Source of the DNA: an uncultured Candidatus Saccharibacteria bacterium
GTDB lineage: Bacteria; Patescibacteriota; Dojkabacteria; J137
Assembly: GCA_964607415.1 (NCBI GenBank)
Contig: CAZSKK010000002.1
Location: 288,585-352,584 of the forward strand
DNA length: 64,000 nucleotides
Direction of reading: 5' to 3'
The notes beneath the pieces are model-generated. The model did no database searches. It was not told the origin of the DNA and saw only the letters and a list, made by a program, of their open reading frames with translations. Numbering within the stretch: the first letter of the stretch is position 1; every line of letters starts with the position of its first letter. Below are positions 9,919-17,198 of this stretch, one piece after another. Position numbers and translations under genes: made by a program.

Positions 9919-10602
9919 CTAATCTCTGTTTTTTCCTTGAATTAACATTAAAAAATAAAGAATTTGCCCTAATGATTGAACTAATGCCGCTACGTAAGTT
10001 AGTGCTGCAGCAAATAAAACTAATCTTGCCCCACTTAACTTTCCGTTTGCAATTAAGTTATGTTTCTTTATCAAATTTAACCCTCTTCTCGAAGCATCAA
10101 ATTCTATTGGTAAAGTTATTAATGAGAATAATGCAGTCAAAGAAAAGAATGCAAGTCCAAGCCAAGCCAAGCCTGTTATTGAGAATATTAGTCCAATAAT
10201 GATTAAAATGTAACCTAAGTTTGATCCAATATTAACAGCAGGTACCATTCCAGTTCTTATTTTCATCAAAGAACTAGCCTTATATTTTTGCTCTACATGG
10301 CCAAATTCGTGAGCCACTACCGCAATATTGGCAACGCTCCCTTTAACCTGATTATCTTCAGAGAGATTCACTTTGTTTGCGAGTGGATTAAAAAAATCAT
10401 TTAATTTTCCTGGTTGCAATACTATATCAACACCAAAGCCTTCTTTTTCGTTAATGATGTTAGCTGCGTCAAGACCGGTAATACTACTCCCAGCTGAGTC
10501 CCCAGAATAGATAGAGTAAAAAAGCCAGACTAAAAGTTGAGCACCCAAAGCTAAAATTAGCCCTGGCAATGCAAATACAAAATATAGCGGATCTAGGTAC
10601 AT
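9919..10602 (-). CDS. Membrane zinc metallopeptidase (YugP-like)
   Basis: AHEFGH, TLPIEFDAS, AAALTYVAA. Confidence 0.92.
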   Translation of the reverse strand: MYLDPLYFVFALPGLILALGAQLLVWLFYSIYSGDSAGSSITGLDAANIINEKEGFGVDIVLQPGKLNDFFNPLANKVNLSEDNQVKGSVANIAVVAHEFGHVEQKYKASSLMKIRTGMVPAVNIGSNLGYILIIIGLIFSITGLAWLGLAFFSLTALFSLITLPIEFDASRRGLNLIKKHNLIANGKLSGARLVLFAAALTYVAALVQSLGQILYFLMLIQGKNRD

Positions 10603-10691
10603 AAAAAGTTGAAAAGTTAAAAAATATTAACGTTGTAGCGTTCAAACCTTAAAACAATACTGGCGCTATCTAAATTATATCACGGAAGTTT

Positions 10692-12020
10692 TTATACACT
10701 GGTTAGCGTTGGCTTAGGCTCTTCTCCACCCGCAGTTTCCTTTTTAAATACTCCAACAAGCCATTTGTGGCTACGCTGGGTATGGTCTAGCTTTACAAGC
10801 TTAAGTCCAGCAGACTCTGCTCTTTTTGTGAGTTCTTCAGCAGTAAATAGATGATAAAATCTTTCAAGACCGCCTTGATCTGTGTAAGGTTTAATTTCTT
10901 TTTCTAAAATTTCACCTTCACCTTCTCTAACGATAGCATATAGAATTCCGCCTTCTACAAGAGCATTCGAAAGCTTTTTAAAAACTTTGTCCAGGTCACC
11001 TTCATGGATGTGATGCAAAGAATCTCTGGCCCAAATTCCCTTATATTGACTTACACCAATATCGTAATTAACTATATCAGCATTAATAAATTCAGCCTCA
11101 GGGCAATCATAACATGCAATTTCATAAAAGCTTTTAGAGGGTTCAATTCCTGTAACTGAATATTTTTTGGATAAATAAGAAGAATCATGACCCGGTCCAG
11201 AACCTACATCTAATATTCTAGCCGGAGGATTTACCATTGTAATAAACTCGTCTAATTGTTCCTGAGCAACAAGTTTACCAACGTTTTGCGCATGATAACT
11301 TTTTGCAAATTGTTCATAAGCTTTTGTTGTCGCTTTTGTTTTGGCCGATATAACAAAAGCAGCTTCGTCTCCTTTTACAACTTTAAGATGAATACTTTTT
11401 AGCTTAGCTTCATGTAGTCTGATCAGATCTAAAACCTCTTGCGGACTTCTTGCGTTATATAAAACTGAAAGCTCTACTTCGTCAATGTACATTGATTTTT
11501 GAACACCAATAATTAAATCATCCCAAAACTCACCGTATAGAATTACAGGTTTATGCGCTCCGTAATATAACTTTGCCAAAGCCCATACCATGCCGAATTC
11601 AGAAATTGTTCCCGTTCCACCTTTGCAAACAACATATGCTTGGCCCTTTTCGATAAGTCCTAAAGTTCTGATCATGTAATTTGAATATGCTTCGCTTTCA
11701 TCAACAATATTTGAAAGATTCTTGCCTTCAAAAACGGATGCCAGACGTGGTTCCCAATAAACTGCGATAGTCTTACCATTTACAGCTTTTGCTCCATCAG
11801 TAGCTGCTTTCATTATTCCTGGCCCACCACCATTAACAATTGTATAGCCATTTTGCGCAAGCAATTTGGAGGCTTCAAATACAGAATTGTAAATAGGATC
11901 ACCTTCAGGTATTGCGGAATCTCCAAAAAATGTAATATTATTAATAAATCTGTCTGACTGACTCACTTGTTCTTGAATTAGATCAGCTGGTCTTTTGGGC
12001 AGTTTTACTTCTGTTGGCAT
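10692..12020 (-). CDS. LOG-family nucleotide phosphoribohydrolase fused to class I SAM methyltransferase
   Basis: NGGGPGIM and GGTGTISE (LOG); LDVGSGPG (SAM motif I); start set at MPTEVK (ATG 12020). Confidence 0.85.
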   Translation of the reverse strand: MPTEVKLPKRPADLIQEQVSQSDRFINNITFFGDSAIPEGDPIYNSVFEASKLLAQNGYTIVNGGGPGIMKAATDGAKAVNGKTIAVYWEPRLASVFEGKNLSNIVDESEAYSNYMIRTLGLIEKGQAYVVCKGGTGTISEFGMVWALAKLYYGAHKPVILYGEFWDDLIIGVQKSMYIDEVELSVLYNARSPQEVLDLIRLHEAKLKSIHLKVVKGDEAAFVISAKTKATTKAYEQFAKSYHAQNVGKLVAQEQLDEFITMVNPPARILDVGSGPGHDSSYLSKKYSVTGIEPSKSFYEIACYDCPEAEFINADIVNYDIGVSQYKGIWARDSLHHIHEGDLDKVFKKLSNALVEGGILYAIVREGEGEILEKEIKPYTDQGGLERFYHLFTAEELTKRAESAGLKLVKLDHTQRSHKWLVGVFKKETAGGEEPKPTLTSV

Positions 12021-12151
12021 ATATAAAAAAGCATTTATACATCTAACTTCGAATGCAGCTAACTTAGCTCCACTCGACAACACAATGTGTTGTCTCAGGA
12101 TGAGGTGATTTAAATAAAGTTTTAAGTATTTAGTTAATGCTTCAAGCTCAA

Positions 12152-12184
12152 CCTCTCACCTTACTCCTCTCCCAAAGGGAGAGG
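12152..12184. repeat. Palindromic element, CCTCTCC/GGAGAGG family (single unit)
   Basis: cctctcaccttactCCTCTCCcaaagGGAGAGG. Confidence 0.7.
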
Positions 12185-12212
12185 AAATTAAGTTCGTTCT
12201 CTTCATTAATCT

Positions 12213-12860
12213 TTATCCATTCAAAGCCTTATTCAATAATTCGTAGTCTTTTTCAAAGTTCTCTGATTTACTAAAAAAAGAACCCACACTTACTCTATCA
12301 ATTGAGTATTTTTTAATCAAGTCTGCTGTACTTAAATTAACACCACCATCAATGCTTATTTTCCCTTTGTAACCCATCTTTTTAAGCTCCTCTACCCTAC
12401 TCATAATTTCAACTTTAAATGAACTCCCTTGGGCACCAGTTTTAATAGTCATAAGTTGAATCTCTGAAAAGTTTTTGTAAAAGTTTATATCCAAAAGTTT
12501 AGACTCGGCCTTTACTGCCAACCCTCGTTTTTCAAACATTAAATAATCTCCTATCTCACCTAAAATAGTTTCCTGATGGACAAAAACTCTATTAACAAAT
12601 GCAAAATTATTTATAAGCGCTATTTGCTCTGAAGGAAAATCTACCATTAGGTGCAGATTAAACTTTGTTGTATTTGCTTCTTCGCTACTTAAAATTAATT
12701 GGATCACATCATCTAGGTGTACAGTTATTCTTCCGCCAAAGTTGTCATTTTCAATGTTTATATCGATGTCAATAAGATTCACTACCCTAGCGTATTGTTC
12801 AAGTTGGGCTTGAAAGGTCGAAAGATCGCTTGTAAGTATTGCGGGCGTTATTTTTATCAT
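12213..12860 (-). CDS. rpe: Ribulose-phosphate 3-epimerase (divergent)
   Basis: ITPAIL, HLMV, LMT-x-x-x-GAQG, IDGGVN, VGS; first metal His appears replaced (DID). Confidence 0.8.
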   Translation of the reverse strand: MIKITPAILTSDLSTFQAQLEQYARVVNLIDIDINIENDNFGGRITVHLDDVIQLILSSEEANTTKFNLHLMVDFPSEQIALINNFAFVNRVFVHQETILGEIGDYLMFEKRGLAVKAESKLLDINFYKNFSEIQLMTIKTGAQGSSFKVEIMSRVEELKKMGYKGKISIDGGVNLSTADLIKKYSIDRVSVGSFFSKSENFEKDYELLNKALNG

Positions 12861-13258
12861 GATACATATAGAATACAGAAATGTTGCAAGATTAACAAGT
12901 GTAACGATTTTTCATTGCTAGAAAAGCATTATCGCAAATATTTTTCAATATCTCTTTTTTATAAATTTTTACGTGAAACATTTTAAAGATTTACTGATGT
13001 TTTTCGTGTGAAATTATCCTTTGCGGTTCAAAGCTAATCAGAATTTTGCACTACTATTACTGCACTTATAACTATTTTATTAATATAGAAGCCATAAAGT
13101 AGCAGCAATCCCTGCATAACATATACTCAGCAATTTCATTGGTAGTAAAAGCTTTCTACGTATCAGCATTTGTGCTCACCCTATAGTTAAGACCTGCTTT
13201 TACTTTGCAGGAAATAGTTTTGAGGCGCTGTTTTGAATAGAGTAGTGTAGCTTGAATA

Positions 13259-13287
13259 TTGACATTTCATCTCATTATTTCTAAACT
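13259..13287 (+). promoter_or_regulatory. Sigma70 promoter of hup
   Basis: TTGACA-17 nt-TAAACT. Confidence 0.6.
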
Positions 13288-13373
13288 TATCTCAGCAATA
13301 AAACCTAATGTAAGTCATTTTATTACAAAGGTTTTTAGAGCATAATTATTTTTATTTATTATTTTTATTCATA

Positions 13374-13646
13374 ATGAATAAAGCAACTCTTGTTAACTAT
13401 ATTGCTAACAAAACAGGCATGACAAAAAAAGATGTTAATGCTAGTTTAGATGCAATGGTAGATGCTGTTGTTTCTACAGTTTCTAAAGGTGATTCTGTTA
13501 CATTAACAGGTTTCGGAACTTTCTTATCTGTTCACAGACAAGCTACAACAAAGAGAAATCCTAAGACTGGAGCTGCTGTTTCAGTAAAAGCAAAGAACGT
13601 TCCAAAATTCAGAGCAGGAAAAGCATTCAGAGAAGCTGTTGCATAA
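13374..13646 (+). CDS. hup: DNA-binding protein HU
   Basis: MNK-x-x-L, GFGTF, RNPKTG, PKFRAGK. Confidence 0.97.
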   Translation: MNKATLVNYIANKTGMTKKDVNASLDAMVDAVVSTVSKGDSVTLTGFGTFLSVHRQATTKRNPKTGAAVSVKAKNVPKFRAGKAFREAVA

Positions 13647-13669
13647 TACTGTTTCTTTACAAAGAACTT

Positions 13670-13708
13670 AAAACCCCTTGGGAGAAATCCCTAGGGGTTT
13701 TTGTTTTA
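13670..13708. terminator. Intrinsic terminator between convergent hup and recJ
   Basis: aaaaCCCCTtGGGAgaaaTCCCtAGGGGttttt. Confidence 0.8.
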
Positions 13709-13752
13709 ATAATTATCAAACTTACCTGTTTGCCTTCAGTTTATATTGAAGG

Positions 13753-15459
13753 TCATTGAGCTAATCGTATATCCTTGACTTTAAATACAATTTTTTTATT
13801 ACCATTCCATCGATCAATTTCAGGAAAACCAGCTACATCTACATTTGGAAGGGTAGAGGAGTTCAAATTAAATCCAAAATCAGATTTTAATCTTTCAACA
13901 GAATTAAAAGCTATAAATTCCATAAACCTTTGACTAGATGAAGCAACAAATTTAACATGATTTTTTTCTCTTCCAATAATATTTATGTATCCTGGAGCAA
14001 TATTTTTTAATGCCAATACAGGTCTAAGATTTCCTTGTCCAAAAGGCGCAAACTTATGCAACAATTCAACCAGTTCGAAATCAAGATTTTCAATGTTTGC
14101 TATTGCATCTATGGCCATGTTTTTTTCAAAGTCTGAAGTTGTAATGTTTTCGTTGGCGTGAGATAAAAGAGCAGAGTAGAGGTCTAATTCTGAGTTCTCA
14201 TCCAGCCCAAAGCCTGCAGCCTGTGCATGACCACCATGTCTTGAAAGATACTTATCTGCAAATCTTAAAGCTTCAACGATGTTGTAGTCAGCAATGCTTC
14301 TTGCAGATCCTTTAATAAAACCATTTGATTTTGAACCTACGAGTACAGGGCGTAGATATTTTTCTGTTAATCTACCTGCTATTAGTCCTAAAATACCTTC
14401 TGGCCAGTCTTCTCCAACTATAAAATAAATTTTTTGGTTGGGGTCCAGTTCAGCAATCTTTTTTTCTGCAAGTTCAACATATTGCTTTGTTAGGTCCTGC
14501 CGTTGTAAATTTAGTTGGTTAAGTTTCTCGGCAAGTTTTTTTGCACTTACTCTGGAATTTGTTGAAAGTAATCGTACAGCATCCATAGCATGCCCTAATC
14601 TACCAGATGCGTTTAAACGGGGTCCGATTGCAAAACCGATGTGATACTCATTCAGATCATCTTGATTAATTCCAGCGATTTTTATGAGCTCCTGAAGCCC
14701 TACATTTGAGGTTTCTTTTAATCGTTTTAACCCAAGCTTTACAATAGTACGATTTTCATCAATTAACGGCATAATATCGCAAACTGTTCCAAGGCTTGCC
14801 AGATCGATATATTCTAGCATATCAAATCCAGCTTTTAGATATTCATTTAATGCAGTGCAAACTTTCCAAGATACAACAGCACCACAAATCTCAGTAAAAG
14901 GATATTCCCCCGAAAGTTTTGGATGTACTACAGCCAAAGCATCTTTTGAAATACAATAATCACCAACTTTTTTTGAGCCTGGCAAATTTTCATTAGAAGA
15001 AAACGATTTTATTGTATGGTGATCTGTAATGACAAATTCTAACTTGTCTTTATATTCATTTACTAAATCTATGTCCTTAACGCCACAATCAACAGTAATT
15101 ACAAACTCGCCTCCTTGGGCAATAATTGCGTCCAAAGACTCCCTTGATAGGCCATAACCTTCATCAAACCTACTGGGAATATATGGCTTTACATCAGCAT
15201 TAAGCTTTCTAAATAAGAAATCCCACATTATTGTTGTTGCACTAATTCCGTCCACATCAAAATCACCATGAATAAAAATTTTCTTTTTATTCTCAATTGC
15301 ATTTGAAATTGCTTTCACAGCCTTTTGCATATCGTAAATTAAAAAAGGATCGTGAAGGGTAGTAGTATAGTCAAGAAAGTTTTCTTTGGAAAGATTTCTT
15401 GATCTCAAAAGCCATTCAACTACATCTTCTGTATCTTGATTTGGAAAAAGCCACTTCAT
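13753..15459 (-). CDS. recJ: Single-stranded DNA exonuclease RecJ
   Basis: GDFDVDG, EGYG, TVDCG, TDHH, GPRLNASGRL, GGHAQAAG, PFGQGN. Confidence 0.96.
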   Translation of the reverse strand: MKWLFPNQDTEDVVEWLLRSRNLSKENFLDYTTTLHDPFLIYDMQKAVKAISNAIENKKKIFIHGDFDVDGISATTIMWDFLFRKLNADVKPYIPSRFDEGYGLSRESLDAIIAQGGEFVITVDCGVKDIDLVNEYKDKLEFVITDHHTIKSFSSNENLPGSKKVGDYCISKDALAVVHPKLSGEYPFTEICGAVVSWKVCTALNEYLKAGFDMLEYIDLASLGTVCDIMPLIDENRTIVKLGLKRLKETSNVGLQELIKIAGINQDDLNEYHIGFAIGPRLNASGRLGHAMDAVRLLSTNSRVSAKKLAEKLNQLNLQRQDLTKQYVELAEKKIAELDPNQKIYFIVGEDWPEGILGLIAGRLTEKYLRPVLVGSKSNGFIKGSARSIADYNIVEALRFADKYLSRHGGHAQAAGFGLDENSELDLYSALLSHANENITTSDFEKNMAIDAIANIENLDFELVELLHKFAPFGQGNLRPVLALKNIAPGYINIIGREKNHVKFVASSSQRFMEFIAFNSVERLKSDFGFNLNSSTLPNVDVAGFPEIDRWNGNKKIVFKVKDIRLAQ

Positions 15460-15497
15460 AAAAAGAATAGCGAATAATGATTAAAGAATGACGAATT

Positions 15498-15614
15498 AAA
15501 TTCGAAATCGTAAATCCGAAATTCTAAACAAATTTTAAATTAGAAATTTTTAAATCACAAAAGTTTTTGTTATTTGGGATTTATTTCGAATTTAGATATT
15601 CGTATTTCGGATTT
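15498..15614. repeat. Inverted pair of degenerate heptamer arrays
   Basis: AAATTCG AAATCGT AAATCCG AAATTCT ... ATTTAGAT ATTCGT ATTTCGG ATTT; AAATCCGAAAT/ATTTCGGATTT perfect IR. Confidence 0.75.
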
Positions 15615-15696
15615 TTCAGGTTGGGGTTATTAATATTAACATGAAAAATAATCGTAGCAAGGTTTTAAAGTTATAACGTTTTAAAATTGAAACTTT

Positions 15697-16362
15697 TCAG
15701 CGCTCATCTTCCTTATTTAGCCACTTTACAAATTTTTTAAATCCAAAAAATAATGCAAAGATTCCAAAAATTCCACCAACAATTCCACCAACAATTATAA
15801 TTACAAGCCTCATTGTTTTTGCACTTTTATATTCGTCTGTCAAGGGAAGTATCTCCCCTGACGAGTTTGTAGCAAAATTTTTTCTAACAGTTACAACATA
15901 AATTCCATCAGCTTTGTATGCTTCTACCTTTCCTATCAATTCGTTAACACCTGCATTTACTGGTTTGACAATAATTGGAATGCTGTAGTCTTTACCTGCT
16001 TCTATAACTGCACTTCTTGAAGTTAAAGATGAGTCTGGAAAATTACTAGGGCCTGTTAATGTCCAAGTAATTTTTACTCTATCTGAATCAATTCCTGATT
16101 TTAGATTCATTTCAAATTTAATTTCTTTACTCCATGGGCTTTGAGTACCTTGAATAAATTCAGCCCGTAAGCCTGGAACGTCCTCAACAACTGCAGGCTT
16201 ATCTTCAGTTTGAAGTTCAGATTCTGTTTGAGCTGAAACAGATAAAGGTAAGCTAATAGCTAATAGCAAATAGCTAACAATCAATGTCATATTGCGTATA
16301 GCGTAAACCGTATAGCGAATAGGCGACATTTCTTTTCTACTTAATTCTCGTTTCATACTCAT
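15697..16362 (-). CDS. Exported protein with C-terminal TM anchor (start uncertain)
   Basis: Signal-like segment ending VSA-Q, beta-rich domain, C-terminal TM plus basic tail. Confidence 0.65.
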   Translation of the reverse strand: MSMKRELSRKEMSPIRYTVYAIRNMTLIVSYLLLAISLPLSVSAQTESELQTEDKPAVVEDVPGLRAEFIQGTQSPWSKEIKFEMNLKSGIDSDRVKITWTLTGPSNFPDSSLTSRSAVIEAGKDYSIPIIVKPVNAGVNELIGKVEAYKADGIYVVTVRKNFATNSSGEILPLTDEYKSAKTMRLVIIIVGGIVGGIFGIFALFFGFKKFVKWLNKEDER

Positions 16363-16443
16363 AGTTCTTAATATTTCAGTTTATCAGAAGTTTGCATAAG
16401 TAAACAGTCTATAGTAATCAAACTTGCTAACTGTACAGCAAAA

Positions 16444-16472
16444 TTGACGTGAAATGTTTTTAAGCTTATAAT
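16444..16472 (+). promoter_or_regulatory. Sigma70 promoter of the valS leader
   Basis: TTGACG-17 nt-TATAAT. Confidence 0.75.
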
Positions 16473-16539
16473 TCAATAAATACACAACTATGGTTCGCTA
16501 TTCGCTTTGCGAATGATCGCCATAAACTTCGGATTACGT

Positions 16540-16720
16540 CACTGAAGGAGTAGAGAGAAGAAGCTTAAGAGGTAAAAAGCAATAGAGGTTTAGAGCAAGC
16601 TCTTGGCCTGATTGGCTCTTAAGCTGTAGACCTTTCCGGGTATGCCCGTAATAGCAGCAAATTAAGTGTCCTGAACTTCTCAGGAAATAAGGGTGGTAAC
16701 GCCGGAACCTTCGGTCCCTA
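16540..16720 (+). promoter_or_regulatory. T-box riboswitch (Val)
   Basis: AAGGAGTAG stem I start, candidate GTA (Val) specifier at 16626-16628, stem III TCCTGA-acttc-TCAGGA, T-box AATAAGGG-TGGTAAC-GCC...TCCCT; UGGU fits tRNA-Val A73-CCA; upstream of valS. Confidence 0.85.
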
Positions 16721-16756
16721 CAACAATTTCAAATTTATAATTATTAATTTCTAAAC

Positions 16757-17098
16757 TTGAATTACGACTTGGAAGATCGTACAAAAAAATTTTCAATTGA
16801 AGTAATCTGGCTTTGTAAATCGTTAAAAATTGACTTACATAATGAAAATATAGTTAAGCAGCTACTAAAATCGTCTACTTCTGTAGGTGCAAATTATCGT
16901 GAAGCTAATGGCGCTAGCTCAAAAAATGATTTTAGAAACAAAATTCATATCTGTAGAAAAGAAATACAAGAGACAGAGTATTGGTTGGATTTACTTAACG
17001 AAGCAACCGATAATTTAAGTCTTAAAGAATTAAAACAAGAATCTCATGAATTAAAATTAATTTTCAGTAAAATATCTAGTAAACTAAAGAAAGATTAA
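16757..17098 (+). CDS. Four-helix-bundle protein (23S rRNA IVP / TIGR02436-like)
   Basis: DLEDRT, QLLKSSTSVGANYREA, S-x-x-DF-x-x-K-x-x-I-x-x-KE-x-x-ET-x-YWL; TTG start. Confidence 0.9.
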   Translation: MNYDLEDRTKKFSIEVIWLCKSLKIDLHNENIVKQLLKSSTSVGANYREANGASSKNDFRNKIHICRKEIQETEYWLDLLNEATDNLSLKELKQESHELKLIFSKISSKLKKD

Positions 17099-17198
17099 GC
17101 CTTGTTATGAATTTGTATTTAAAAATTAAACATTGTTTAGAAATTGCAAATTAGAAATTAAAAATTTTTACGAACGTATTACACATTACCTATAACAT

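Noticed and set aside
12965-13003. parS-like sites (ATTTTTACGTGAAACA and a weaker neighbour) in the long rpe-hup spacer
   Set aside because: Only 13/16 and about 11/16 matches in AT-rich DNA and not palindromic; insufficient support
16757-17098. Four-helix-bundle gene as Avd of a diversity-generating retroelement
   Set aside because: No reverse transcriptase, and no TR/VR pair with adenine-specific mismatches noticed in the window
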